From: a virus
Lineage: Duplodnaviria; Heunggongvirae; Uroviricota; Caudoviricetes
Virus record (IMG/VR): IMGVR_UViG_2519103024_000003
Reading direction: 5' to 3' (one strand)
DNA: 45,767 nucleotides
Below, piece by piece: positions 31,532-40,885 of this stretch. The translations under genes were made by a program, and so were the position numbers. Below the pieces are notes generated by a model. It did not search any database. It was not told the origin of the DNA and was given only the letters and a program-made list of their open reading frames with translations. Every line of letters begins with the position of its first letter. The first letter of the stretch is position 1.

Positions 31532-31744
31532 TTGTCCCGTAAAATGACAGGAATTGTCAAAACCTTTGACGGCAAAAGCGGCAAGGGTCTTATCACCCCA
31601 TCCGATGGTCGTATCGATGTCCAGCTTCATGTTTCAGCGCTCAATCTCCGCGATGCAGAAGAAATTACCACCGGATTACGCGTGGAATTTTGCCGGATAA
31701 ATGGTCTGCGTGGCCCTTCAGCTGCCAATGTTTACCTTTCATGA
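31532..31744 (+). CDS. cspF: Cold shock-like protein, CspF/CspH type
   Basis: [23 protein letters not shown]... resembles CspF. Confidence 0.75.
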
Positions 31745-31798
31745 GCTATATTAAAGCTTTAATTTCAGGCCCCATCGAATCAAACATGGAGAGTTTTC

Positions 31799-31888
31799 AT
31801 GAATAACCCCGTCTGTCTTGATGACTGGTTGATTGGCTTTAAAAGCTTATGCTGTACTTTGACCGTAATAGCTCTGCTAATAATGTAA
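31799..31888 (+). CDS. Candidate small hydrophobic peptide (29 aa)
   Basis: ATG preceded by GGAGAG; [29 protein letters not shown]; not in the ORF track because it is short. Confidence 0.25.
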   Translation: MNNPVCLDDWLIGFKSLCCTLTVIALLIM

Positions 31889-32027
31889 TATGCAGACTCA
31901 TTGTATCTAGGGACATAGCACTGGAAGAAAACATTTTAAACATCAGGCAAAGTCACCCGATAAATAATAAGTAAACAAACATGAATCCCGGAATGAGATT
32001 CAACATCTCTATTACCCTATTTAAAGC

Positions 32028-32133
32028 ACAAAAACCCGCTCATCAGCGGGTTTTCTACTTTTTCTTAACGTCGGGTATATAAAGCCCATCGTTGAAAGAA
32101 TTTTATCCATATTTTTTGAAAAATGCAAGCATT
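32028..32133 (-). promoter_or_regulatory. Candidate late promoter PR' and terminator tR' downstream of Q
   Basis: Minus-strand TTGCAT (32128-32123), 17-nt spacer, TAAAAT (32105-32100); hairpin acccgct-catc-agcgggt (32051-32034) with T-run. Confidence 0.4.
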
Positions 32134-32159
32134 ACGTCGCCATCTTCGGCGAAAATCAT

Positions 32160-32912
32160 TTATCTCGTCACTTTTCTTAATTGCACCTCAGCATATGCTT
32201 CTTCCTGCCAGCACTTTGTAACCAGTTTATCAATGACATCTGCATATCCTTTGTACCACTGATAATCAGTCAGGTCTGGTACCAGCTTCTGGACATGACA
32301 CCGCGCCAGTGTCGTTGGTAAACGACTAAACCGGTTTCCATTGCAACGCCCACAAATCTTATAAACAGGCGCGCCATGAAGCCGGGTCCTTTTTTCATCC
32401 AGGACAATACCTTTACCCTTACACCCTCTGCACGCTGTGCTGACTTCTCCCTTACCATGACAATGCTGACATAGTTCCTTCACCCACTCTTCTTTGATAA
32501 CAGATTCCCCGCTTCTGGAGTGTTTCACCACTTCGCGCAATACATTATGAAATCCAGTACCAGCACAATGCTCACAACGAGCCTTACTTGCCGCAGACCT
32601 GGAATAATCAGCAAAGGCAAAATTCACAAGGTAAGGAATAATCTGTAGCCGGGTTTCTTCACTCAATTTATTCAATGTCGGGTTATCCAGTGCCATCGCG
32701 TAATTGAGCAGACCTTCAATCGCAAACTGAGGATCCTGAACACCAACTTTTGCCAGGAATAAGGCAAACCCAAGCGGTGCTTTCGATTGCACCATCCCCT
32801 GCGCAGCCATCACATCCGTAATCGTTAAACCACCAGAGCCTGTCGCCGGTGCGTCATCACTCAATTTTGGAGATTTTGGGGAGTAATATTTTGGTAAGGC
32901 TTCAAGGTTCAT
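32160..32912 (-). CDS. quuQ: Late-gene antitermination protein Q (phage 82/Qin type)
   Basis: 250 aa with Cys-rich zinc-binding region (CEHCAGTG...CQHCHGKG...CRGCKGKG); position upstream of the lysis genes. Confidence 0.75.
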   Translation of the reverse strand: MNLEALPKYYSPKSPKLSDDAPATGSGGLTITDVMAAQGMVQSKAPLGFALFLAKVGVQDPQFAIEGLLNYAMALDNPTLNKLSEETRLQIIPYLVNFAFADYSRSAASKARCEHCAGTGFHNVLREVVKHSRSGESVIKEEWVKELCQHCHGKGEVSTACRGCKGKGIVLDEKRTRLHGAPVYKICGRCNGNRFSRLPTTLARCHVQKLVPDLTDYQWYKGYADVIDKLVTKCWQEEAYAEVQLRKVTR

Positions 32913-32925
32913 GCTCGTTCTCCAC

Positions 32926-33921
32926 TTACGCCAGTACGCCTATTGCCAGCGCACGATCGATAAAACGAAATATCAGCTCCAGCTGGGAGCCATACTTCTC
33001 TTCAAATGCCACGGTATCCGCATGCAGCTCGTCGTGATGCTTTCTGCACAAAGGCAACACAAAAAGGTCATGCGCTTTTGTACCCATTCCCCCCTGACCG
33101 TGGCCTATCAGGTGGTGGGGATCATCAGCAGGTTTTCCACAACATGCGCACGGCTGCGTCTTAACCCAGCGCGTGTACTTTTCATTAACCCAGCGGTGAC
33201 GTTTTGGGCGTAACATAAAAGACTCCGGCGACTCCGGATCCACTTTCAGCGCCAGCACCTTTTTCGCCTTATCCTGGATGATGCTGGTGGCAGGAACCGA
33301 AGGCACAAGGTCACTTTCCCGGGTAACAGACGGCACAACAGGCTTCGGTAATCTCAGTGCCTTACGGGCTGCACTTTCCGGTAAGGCATCCGCCAGATCA
33401 TTACGAATCAGCCACCAGCACAGTTCCGGCATTGTCACAACATGACTGTCATCAAAACCGAGATCCCGACGCACAACAGACAACACCCAGCGGGCACAGT
33501 TATCCGTTGCCATTGATTCCAGCCGTTCCGTGAACTGATCGCGCAGCTGGTTATCGCAGTGCCAGCACAGACGGATTGCGCCCGGAGCGTGTCGCATTGT
33601 TGTCATATTCTCGCTGTGCCAGTCGGAATGAGGCCACTGGCAGCCTTTTTCACGAAGTAACCAGCTTTCAAGACATTCCACGCCACCAGCACGACGGATC
33701 ACTGCCTCATTGCGGAACACGGCCCGAACGGCAGGATCATCCGCCAGCGGTTGTGATGCCGCCGGAACGGCACCACTGGCGAAAGATGAATAACGTTCCG
33801 GCTCAGGCTCCAGCAGGACACGCCCCTGCATAAACAAGGGCATCAGCTCTGAACCTGGTCTGAACAATACGATCCCCATACGCGGGGCAATTTCAGGGGT
33901 CAGTAGTGCTCTCACGGTCAC
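32926..33921 (-). CDS. DUF968-family prophage protein (YdfU-like) with C-terminal HNH-like Cys/His motif
   Basis: 331 aa; C-terminal CACCGKPADDPHHLIGHG...HDELH. Confidence 0.65.
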   Translation of the reverse strand: MTVRALLTPEIAPRMGIVLFRPGSELMPLFMQGRVLLEPEPERYSSFASGAVPAASQPLADDPAVRAVFRNEAVIRRAGGVECLESWLLREKGCQWPHSDWHSENMTTMRHAPGAIRLCWHCDNQLRDQFTERLESMATDNCARWVLSVVRRDLGFDDSHVVTMPELCWWLIRNDLADALPESAARKALRLPKPVVPSVTRESDLVPSVPATSIIQDKAKKVLALKVDPESPESFMLRPKRHRWVNEKYTRWVKTQPCACCGKPADDPHHLIGHGQGGMGTKAHDLFVLPLCRKHHDELHADTVAFEEKYGSQLELIFRFIDRALAIGVLA

Positions 33922-33922
33922 C

Positions 33923-34738
33923 TCAATGAACGGTATCGAGCAGCTTTAACAGCTCAGGGAATCGGGATTCGAAGAAATGCGGCTGCGTCTCGCGCGGATT
34001 TGCAGGACTGGTGATGTTCTTGCCGAACATGCAGCCTTTCGCGGTCAGCGACCAGAATTTTTTGATGTTGTTAATCGCGGTACGACTGTATCGTTCGCGT
34101 TGTTCAACGATCCCCAGCTTCGCCATCTGGTGATATGCCTGATTAGCCGTCAGGCGGATACCATACTGCTTCAGCAGTGCACTCAGCGACAGCGTAGGGC
34201 GGCTTGAACCATCTGGCGCATCAGCAGGTGCATCAATGGCATAGATCGGCATAAGTTCAGGAAGACCAGCTACCTTTGATAATTTCTGGTATGCACCAAG
34301 TTTCGAGGAGTTTGACAGATTTAGAGTCTTTGCTGCTGATTCAAGCAGAATGACCCCGGATTTAATTTTGTCGGATGTGGTTTCTTCTGGTGATGAATTA
34401 TGAAGCGCATCAAAAGTACGTATCACTTTTAAGCTGAATGCCGGGCTGATCCACATTGCATATGCATAGACCAGCTCTTTACAGACATACGTCCCACCAT
34501 TGCGCCCCTGAATGGTGATGACAGGAATACTACGGGAATCTCCCGTAGTTTCTTCTTCCAATAATTCCACAAGAGCCTTCGTTTCAGGACGACGCATAAA
34601 CTCGTGAACTTCCAGCGAACGGGAGGAGCGATTCTCACCAGCGGCAAGAAGAGCAGCTTTCTGAAGGTCGTTAAGACAGTAGTTAGATTCGAAGTACTGG
34701 CGCACAGAAACGCCATCAATTACAAGCAACTGATTCAT
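33923..34738 (-). CDS. KilA-N domain protein (antirepressor-like)
   Basis: N-terminal MNQLLVIDGVSVRQ...KALVELL resembles the KilA-N domain; ATG at 34738 with GGAGAAA SD. Confidence 0.6.
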   Translation of the reverse strand: MNQLLVIDGVSVRQYFESNYCLNDLQKAALLAAGENRSSRSLEVHEFMRRPETKALVELLEEETTGDSRSIPVITIQGRNGGTYVCKELVYAYAMWISPAFSLKVIRTFDALHNSSPEETTSDKIKSGVILLESAAKTLNLSNSSKLGAYQKLSKVAGLPELMPIYAIDAPADAPDGSSRPTLSLSALLKQYGIRLTANQAYHQMAKLGIVEQRERYSRTAINNIKKFWSLTAKGCMFGKNITSPANPRETQPHFFESRFPELLKLLDTVH

Positions 34739-34900
34739 TGGTTTCTCCACAAATTTTTATCCACGAGCGGGACTGCACTCCCTTTTCGTTGATGCAGGAT
34801 GAACTTACTGCGATTTTTAATAGTTATCAAGGATACACTGTTCATAAATACAGTATCTTTAACGAGGTAATACCCAAATTTAGGGTGTTGCTCAATTCCG

Positions 34901-35296
34901 TTACCGAGTTGCTAATTTGCAACTCGCTTTTTCGTACTTACTGATAGTGATCTCGACCTTCCCCTCCGGGATAACCGGTCCCCACTCCACCAGCATTCTT
35001 TTCACCTGACTGTCGTCTTCCCACACACCCGCGTGGGTCAGGGCGTCAAACAGCGCCTTGTTATAGTTGTCCAGATCGCGGATCCGGTTATCCGGAGGAA
35101 ACAACACGATCTCCACTGAAGCAGGTGCCGACGTTGGTTTTGGCAGACGACGTAACTGCTCAACTATTGCTGCACACGCCGCGCTCTGGAATTTTCGCCC
35201 CGCCGCGCTTATCAGGCTCTTACCAGCAAACGCCCCTTTGTTGGGGTGTCGCCAGTACGTGTTCACGCTGGGCGGAAAAGGCAGGATCAGCTTCAT
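34901..35296 (-). CDS. rusA: Holliday junction resolvase RusA
   Basis: 131 aa with RusA signature (PPSVNTYWRH...DLDNYNKALFDALT). Confidence 0.85.
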   Translation of the reverse strand: MKLILPFPPSVNTYWRHPNKGAFAGKSLISAAGRKFQSAACAAIVEQLRRLPKPTSAPASVEIVLFPPDNRIRDLDNYNKALFDALTHAGVWEDDSQVKRMLVEWGPVIPEGKVEITISKYEKASCKLATR

Positions 35297-35619
35297 ACTT
35301 TCAGGCCCCTCTCATGTAACCAGTGGGCTGCACGCAGCCTGGCGTTTTCCTCACCGGCAAGCAGTGAGCGGATAATCCCGACCGCCTCGCTGTCGTCGTC
35401 CTTCACCACGGTATGAAGCGTGATCCCCCGGGCCACACCACGCTTTATCGTGATGACGCCTTTTTTCTCCAGTGCGCGAAGATGCTCCACCGCTGCATTC
35501 ACTGAACGGTATCCCAGCATGGTTGCCACCTCCTGATTGGTTGGCGGGAAGCCACGTTCTTTCTGATAAGAAATCAGCATATCCAGCACCTGCTGCTGGC
35601 ATTGAGTTAAAGTCGTCAT
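35293..35619 (-). CDS. LexA N-terminal-like winged-helix DNA-binding protein (no peptidase domain)
   Basis: QQQVLDMLISYQKERGFPPTNQEVATMLGYRSVNAAVEHLRALEKKGVI resembles the LexA DNA-binding domain. Confidence 0.6.
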   Translation of the reverse strand: MTTLTQCQQQVLDMLISYQKERGFPPTNQEVATMLGYRSVNAAVEHLRALEKKGVITIKRGVARGITLHTVVKDDDSEAVGIIRSLLAGEENARLRAAHWLHERGLKV

Positions 35620-36269
35620 GCCGCCATCTCCCTGACCAGTTTTTCCGCCTGCTGGCGAACCTGCGCCAGAAACGCCTCACCACATGCCTCAAGTTCATCG
35701 CGCCCGATGTAGCTGATTGCCGGTCCCTTCCAGGTCTTGTCGAAAACAGCAATAGCACCAGCGAAGAAAGCGCCTGTCGGCACCTGCTTCTCATCTTTCG
35801 GGATAAACCAGGCAGGCAGTTCAAAACCAATACGCCCGCGAATAAAAGCAATATGATCTGCATCTTCCGGCCACCACACTTCGCTGGTGGCAGCTTTGAT
35901 CAGGAAAACATAGCGCCCGCCTTTATCACGCATGGCACTGGCATGTTTCATGATGTAACGCATGCCGGTGATGTATTGCCCCTCATGCTGACTGGCGCGG
36001 CTGTATGGGGGATTACCAAAGGCAGCACCTTTAAGCTCCGCAAGACGTTCTGACCAGTCATGCGCCAGCGCGTTGTCTTCCGCCGTGTAATACGCGGTAC
36101 ATTTGGCGTTATCACCGTCAGTAAACAGATCCAGGACAAACGGGCCAAACAGGGTGTTAATTCCCCAGAAAATGTTATCCGGCGTGCGCCACTGATCGCC
36201 CACTTCCTTCAGTTCATGGGCTGGTTTGTTCCGCAGCTCCACCAGCTCCTGGCAATATTTATTACTCAT
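35616..36269 (-). CDS. Phage-type DNA N6-adenine methyltransferase (Dam-like, orphan)
   Basis: GNPPY catalytic motif; about 217 aa; start overlaps the upstream stop (TAATG). Confidence 0.75.
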   Translation of the reverse strand: MSNKYCQELVELRNKPAHELKEVGDQWRTPDNIFWGINTLFGPFVLDLFTDGDNAKCTAYYTAEDNALAHDWSERLAELKGAAFGNPPYSRASQHEGQYITGMRYIMKHASAMRDKGGRYVFLIKAATSEVWWPEDADHIAFIRGRIGFELPAWFIPKDEKQVPTGAFFAGAIAVFDKTWKGPAISYIGRDELEACGEAFLAQVRQQAEKLVREMAA

Positions 36270-36757
36270 TAAGCCCCCACGTAATTCCCTGACAGATACC
36301 ACTCATCACCCGATACAGCGCGCTTGCTGCTTTTCCGTAAGCACCGCTCACGACGTGCCAGAAAATTGTTTCGTTCTGGCTGGGAGTGGCTTTCACGGAA
36401 TGCCGCCATCCACACGGTTGCAGCACGACGGTATAAGCCCCTGGACTCCAGTTCTTCAGCCTGGCGGGTCAGGCACAAAATCACCCGGGGATCGTTAGTG
36501 CCGACATAGAAATTGCGCACAGGTCTGGTTTCACGAACTGGTTGTGGTTCCGGCTCCTGCGCTCTCTCAGTCAGGCGCGGGAAATGTCTGCGTGTATATC
36601 CTTCACAACGGTGAGCCACACGCCCACTCTGACGTAACTTGCTTGCAGACTGCAGAACGCGCTGCCGTGAGTAACCTGCAAAAGCATCCGCAATGTCTCC
36701 GGAAGTACACCCCGGATGGGCTTCAATGAATTTCTGAACTTCATTCAAAAGACTCAT
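36269..36757 (-). CDS. Hypothetical protein (162 aa), nin-region
   Basis: ORF in operon context; no family recognised. Confidence 0.45.
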   Translation of the reverse strand: MSLLNEVQKFIEAHPGCTSGDIADAFAGYSRQRVLQSASKLRQSGRVAHRCEGYTRRHFPRLTERAQEPEPQPVRETRPVRNFYVGTNDPRVILCLTRQAEELESRGLYRRAATVWMAAFRESHSQPERNNFLARRERCLRKSSKRAVSGDEWYLSGNYVGA

Positions 36758-36759
36758 GA

Positions 36760-37578
36760 TTATCCCCTGAATCCTGCCGGGATCTGGCTGTAGTCCACGT
36801 TGTCGTAACTGGCTTTGAAGTACGGGTCCTCGCGTCTGGCTGCAGATACCGCAGGAACTTCCCAGGATTCTTCGAAATGACGATCCGGACCAAAGAACGT
36901 GACAGCCTGTTTCACAAATTGTGTGCCGCTGTTACCCATCGCAGATACCCAGCCCGCGTAGCGTTTCACACCTTCCAGCATGGTTTCGGGTTTTACCCCC
37001 TCATTCAAACGGGCTTTCCAGGCTTTGAAGGCTGCAGATTTTGAATTGCCACCAGCACGTTTGGGGTATGCCAGCCATGCCTGCTCAAACTCCGGAGAGT
37101 ATTCCGGTCGGTTTGAACGAACTCGCACAGACTCATCAGCAGATGCACCAACAGCTATTGGTTCATTGACTGGTTCTTTGACTGGTTCAAAAGAGTGACT
37201 GGTTCTGGGTGAATCTCCTGCACCACCCCCTGGTGCAACTCCTGCACTACCTGGTGAATTTGCTGCACCAGATAGTGAATTATTTGCACTACCCCCTAGT
37301 GAATCTCCTGCACCATCAAGATGAAGGAGATAGATATTACTTGAGTTACCTTTTTCACCTTTCCGGGTGACTTTTTTTACCAGCCCGGAATCACAAAGGG
37401 CCGCAATATGATTCATCACAGAACGTTTGCTAATCTCGCACTGGTCAGCAATATGCTGGTAGCTGGGCCAGCACTCACCCTGATCGCTGGCATTATCAGC
37501 CAGCTTGATCAGAACCAGTTTTCGCAATGGATTACCCACTCGAATTTTCATCGCTTTAACCATCAGCTCCATACTCAT
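36760..37578 (-). CDS. HTH-domain protein with Gly/Ser-rich linker, possible replication initiation protein
   Basis: N-terminal winged-helix-like segment (PSYQHIADQCEISKRSVMNHIAAL), low-complexity linker, C-terminal domain; start codon uncertain. Confidence 0.5.
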   Translation of the reverse strand: MSMELMVKAMKIRVGNPLRKLVLIKLADNASDQGECWPSYQHIADQCEISKRSVMNHIAALCDSGLVKKVTRKGEKGNSSNIYLLHLDGAGDSLGGSANNSLSGAANSPGSAGVAPGGGAGDSPRTSHSFEPVKEPVNEPIAVGASADESVRVRSNRPEYSPEFEQAWLAYPKRAGGNSKSAAFKAWKARLNEGVKPETMLEGVKRYAGWVSAMGNSGTQFVKQAVTFFGPDRHFEESWEVPAVSAARREDPYFKASYDNVDYSQIPAGFRG

Positions 37579-37811
37579 GCTGCACCTCCGAGATGCTTCA
37601 TGTTTTTTCCGGAGCAAAAGGCTATAAGCGGCATACTGATGCGGTAATTACGGCCCAGCGGTTCACAAATCACCTTCTGACATTCACGGTCAACCAGGCT
37701 AACACGTAGAACATGCCCTGCAGGCGTGGTGTACCACTGCCCAACTGTAGGAATTGATGTTTTTTTACGCTGAAGCAAACGGCAAATATTGAGGATCAAC
37801 GGATTAAGCAT
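37575..37811 (-). CDS. Small hypothetical protein (78 aa)
   Basis: ORF overlapping its neighbours by a few nt in the early operon. Confidence 0.35.
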   Translation of the reverse strand: MLNPLILNICRLLQRKKTSIPTVGQWYTTPAGHVLRVSLVDRECQKVICEPLGRNYRISMPLIAFCSGKNMKHLGGAA

Positions 37812-38640
37812 GACGATGCCCTCCGCTGATATTCAGGAGACGGTGAATATGAAAATTAGCCTTATCCGCCAGACGAATACGTTCAGCCTGCAAGTTAAGA
37901 AGGGTTTCTACCAAAACCTGATGCGCCTGCGGATCCGAAAGAGTTACCTTGCGCAGAGCACGTAGTGCAGTTGTTACATAACTGAGTTTATGTAAGTCTT
38001 CATCATTCAGACGAGTGAGGGCTGGGACAGTAGCCATGATGGCAGCCTCCGATAACAGTGAATTACCTTCACCACCGGAAACGCCAATTTCGCTGGTGGT
38101 GAACTGAACGGGGTTGGCGTAACCGGCGTTATCGGAAACCGGCGCACCTTTCGGTGCCCCCGTCCAGCCCACCATAATTTGGGTGTGCACAGACGCAGAC
38201 GATAAAAAAGACGCTGGCGCGTCATATATCGCCGATAACATTTCCAGGACGCCAATCCCGTCACCCGCTTTATAAGGTGCCTGAACAGTGTAACGTCCCG
38301 GAATGGCAGAATCAATGTGCTGGTGGTCCTTCACACTCAACAAAATCACGCCTGAATTTCCACAAAGGACTAAAGCACTCATGCGGGTAGTCTTTGCGAA
38401 GATAGATAACGCGCTGTGTTTCTGGTTCCCAACGAATAACATGGACATAAAGCCCTCTTCCGTCACGAAACCAGCGGTTAAGTTCCCGCACAACTCGCCC
38501 CCCACAGTCAGGTAAAGTTCTCTGTGGTTACTTACAGCCAGGTAATTTGGTAATCTGCATTCATGCCGTAACAACAGGTGTTCAGCGACACTGACCACCA
38601 GCTGTTGCGACAAACGGTTATTTGCCGTTAAACTGTTCAT
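37804..38640 (-). CDS. Hypothetical early-region protein (278 aa)
   Basis: ORF in operon context; no Walker motifs or recognised domain. Confidence 0.45.
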   Translation of the reverse strand: MNSLTANNRLSQQLVVSVAEHLLLRHECRLPNYLAVSNHRELYLTVGGELCGNLTAGFVTEEGFMSMLFVGNQKHSALSIFAKTTRMSALVLCGNSGVILLSVKDHQHIDSAIPGRYTVQAPYKAGDGIGVLEMLSAIYDAPASFLSSASVHTQIMVGWTGAPKGAPVSDNAGYANPVQFTTSEIGVSGGEGNSLLSEAAIMATVPALTRLNDEDLHKLSYVTTALRALRKVTLSDPQAHQVLVETLLNLQAERIRLADKANFHIHRLLNISGGHRHA

Positions 38641-39200
38641 GCGTTAGTTTCTCCACAGACACAAAACGCCACGACGCCCGGAGCTGCACACTCGCGGGCG
38701 TCACTCTTTTCTGGAGCGCAAAAGATTTTGTAGACCAGTGCTGCATGCTCTTGGAGCTTCGAAATTGACAGATACAACTCATCATTAATTGCTGTCTGCT
38801 CGTGTGGCTCCACGACCCCATCTTCGATTGCCGAACGAATCTGCTTTGAGTAATTCCCGATCTGTTCGATGACTTCCAGCAGGCGCTGGTTTATATCGGC
38901 GTTCTCTACTTCCTCAATTTCAGGAAGCGATACGAACACCCCACCAGCAGACTGTGCGACAGCATCCGCAATGTAGTGAGTGCCAGCCGCGCGCTGTAAA
39001 ACCATTGCCCATCCCAGCGGGAAAATCTGATCGCCATCGGCACGAAGGCGGTTAAATAATGCGTTCTCTGTTACATCCAGCCAGTCAGCTGCTTCAGCGT
39101 AACCACCCGGCAACGCTGCGATAGTTTTTCTGACAGCTTTCACGTACCACTCAGGCTGTTTTTCTACTTTCCAGTGATACTTACCCACGGTTAGCCTCAT
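38637..39200 (-). CDS. CII-like / YdaT-like regulatory protein
   Basis: Immediately downstream of the cro-like gene, as ydaT follows ydaS in Rac; assignment by position and weak recalled similarity. Confidence 0.5.
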   Translation of the reverse strand: MRLTVGKYHWKVEKQPEWYVKAVRKTIAALPGGYAEAADWLDVTENALFNRLRADGDQIFPLGWAMVLQRAAGTHYIADAVAQSAGGVFVSLPEIEEVENADINQRLLEVIEQIGNYSKQIRSAIEDGVVEPHEQTAINDELYLSISKLQEHAALVYKIFCAPEKSDARECAAPGVVAFCVCGETNA

Positions 39201-39231
39201 CGTTCTGTGGTTAAAAATTGAAGGTGTTCTG

Positions 39232-39432
39232 TTAATCTTTCGGATAGATATCCGGTCTTAAGTCAGATTTCGTAATTGCACCTGACGTGCATTGCTCAAG
39301 TTTTTTCGCCAGCACAAAACTGGCTTTTTTATAACCATTGAAAACCAGCCGTAAGTAGCCAGGTGTTGAGCCAACTTTTCCGGCCAACTCGCCCTGCTGT
39401 TCTTTGGTTAAAGAGTCCCAATACGCTTTCAT
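39232..39432 (-). CDS. Cro/YdaS-like HTH regulator
   Basis: 66 aa from the internal ATG at 39432 with GGAGGT SD; HTH-like QGELAGKVGSTPGYLRLVFNG; divergent from cI. Confidence 0.7.
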   Translation of the reverse strand: MKAYWDSLTKEQQGELAGKVGSTPGYLRLVFNGYKKASFVLAKKLEQCTSGAITKSDLRPDIYPKD

Positions 39433-39522
39433 ACAATATGTACCTCCGGTATACATATTACATGATTGAAATGAACCTTCAAGATACTTGTACCTTATCG
39501 GTACAAAGGTTTTAATTTCGTT
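39433..39522. promoter_or_regulatory. Right operator/promoter region between cro-like and cI with two palindromic sites
   Basis: atgtacctccggtatacat (39438-39456) and ttgtaccttatcggtacaa (39488-39506), both TGTAC-N7-(G/A)TACA. Confidence 0.55.
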
Positions 39523-40197
39523 ATGAAAACAATCCATGACATCCGGCGGTCTAACGCCAGAAAACTGAGAGATGGTGTTGGCGGAAATTCATCCTTTGCC
39601 ACCATGATTGATCGCGAGCCAACCCAAACCAGCAGGTTTATGGGGGATGGCGCTACTAAAAATATCGGTGACAGCATGGCACGGCACATCGAAAAATGTT
39701 TCGACCTGCCTGTCGGATGGCTTGATCAAGAACACCAGACAACGAACATCACAAAAAAACCTGATGTTTCAATCACTAACAAACAAATAACGTTAGTCCC
39801 TGTCATATCATGGGTACAGGCCGGAGCATGGAAAGAAGTTGGCTATTCTGAGGTTGATTTGAGCACAGCAGAAACGTATCCCTGCCCTGTACCCTGTGGC
39901 GAAATGACTTATATCTTGCGGGTGATTGGTGATTCAATGATTGATGAGTACCGCCCTGGAGACATGATTTTTGTTGATCCCGAAGTCCCTGCCTGCCACG
40001 GTGACGACGTTATTGCATTGATGCACGATACAGGCGAAACCACCTTCAAGCGATTGATAGAAGATGGAACACAGCGTTATCTCAAAGCATTAAACCCAAA
40101 CTGGCCTGAGCCTTACATTAAGATTAACGGTAATTGCTCTATAATTGGTACAGTGATTTTCTCGGGAAAACCAAGAAGATACACAATAAAGGCCTAA
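39523..40197 (+). CDS. cI: CI-type repressor with C-terminal S24 (LexA-like) autopeptidase domain
   Basis: 224 aa; C-terminal LRVIGDSM...K peptidase signature; divergent from the cro-like gene. Confidence 0.85.
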   Translation: MKTIHDIRRSNARKLRDGVGGNSSFATMIDREPTQTSRFMGDGATKNIGDSMARHIEKCFDLPVGWLDQEHQTTNITKKPDVSITNKQITLVPVISWVQAGAWKEVGYSEVDLSTAETYPCPVPCGEMTYILRVIGDSMIDEYRPGDMIFVDPEVPACHGDDVIALMHDTGETTFKRLIEDGTQRYLKALNPNWPEPYIKINGNCSIIGTVIFSGKPRRYTIKA

Positions 40198-40209
40198 TCA
40201 ATATTTATG

Positions 40210-40232
40210 AACCTGCTTCGGCAGGTTTTTTT
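40210..40232 (+). terminator. Rho-independent terminator after cI
   Basis: acctgc-ttcg-gcaggt hairpin followed by TTTTTTT. Confidence 0.65.
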
Positions 40233-40234
40233 AT

Positions 40235-40268
40235 ACTTGACAATGTACCCATGAGATACATAATGTAT
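40235..40268 (+). promoter_or_regulatory. PL-like sigma70 promoter overlapping an operator palindrome
   Basis: TTGACA (40237-40242), 16-nt spacer, CATAAT (40259-40264); operator-like atgtacccatgagatacat (40243-40261) shares half-sites with the right operators. Confidence 0.55.
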
Positions 40269-40270
40269 CC

Positions 40271-40748
40271 AAAAGAAACATGAGGCAGGCAAGATTCAAA
40301 CAAAATTTGGTTGTAACACGGCGTATGGCACATGCGTCGTTAGCGGTCTGGGGACGTTAAAGGGGACAATCCACTCCCTGCTCGGACAAACAAACCAGGT
40401 AGCCGGAATGTGCAAGTCAATGATGATGCTGATAAGACGCCTAACCTGCGTGGCGGTTCGGTTTGACACCTGGGAAGAGACCAGGGTGCAACGATGAGGG
40501 CATTTATGGAACCGCGACAAAGTGTGGTGCCGTAACTGGCTAAGTGCTCTCAGCGTTGTGGTGAATGCGCAGGCTGATGCGCGAAAGACATTGCAGCTAT
40601 TGCGGAAAAGAGCTGTTCGGCGGGGCAATTAAACACCCGTGAGAGTCTGAAATAACCGCAAGCCGGAGATCAGCACCGGTCACCACAACAGCCACTGCTT
40701 TGGCGGTACCAGTTTGTACACTTGCTTCCGGCTGGTACCGCTCTTTTT
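40271..40748 (+). ncRNA. Candidate structured non-coding leader RNA between the PL-like promoter and a strong terminator
   Basis: No convincing ORF (longest about 29 codons); several hairpins (cctgg-gaagaga-ccagg; gcgca-ggctga-tgcgc); 10-bp stem gcggtaccag/ctggtaccgc (40703-40741) followed by TCTTTTT. Confidence 0.3.
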
Positions 40749-40885
40749 ACAAAACAGAGAAGAGCATCACCGGACGACGGGCTCATAACCCAATCCATCC
40801 GGGCGGCTGCCACCGCAGGTGTTCTTCTCTGTTTTGTGGAGAAACCAACCGACCTTGCAGGGTCGATATGATGAGGAGCAGCAAA

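Noticed and set aside
40296-40628. Minus-strand 110-aa ORF inside the structured non-coding region
   Set aside because: Cys/His/Arg/Thr-rich translation with no start context; better explained as the antisense of a structured RNA.
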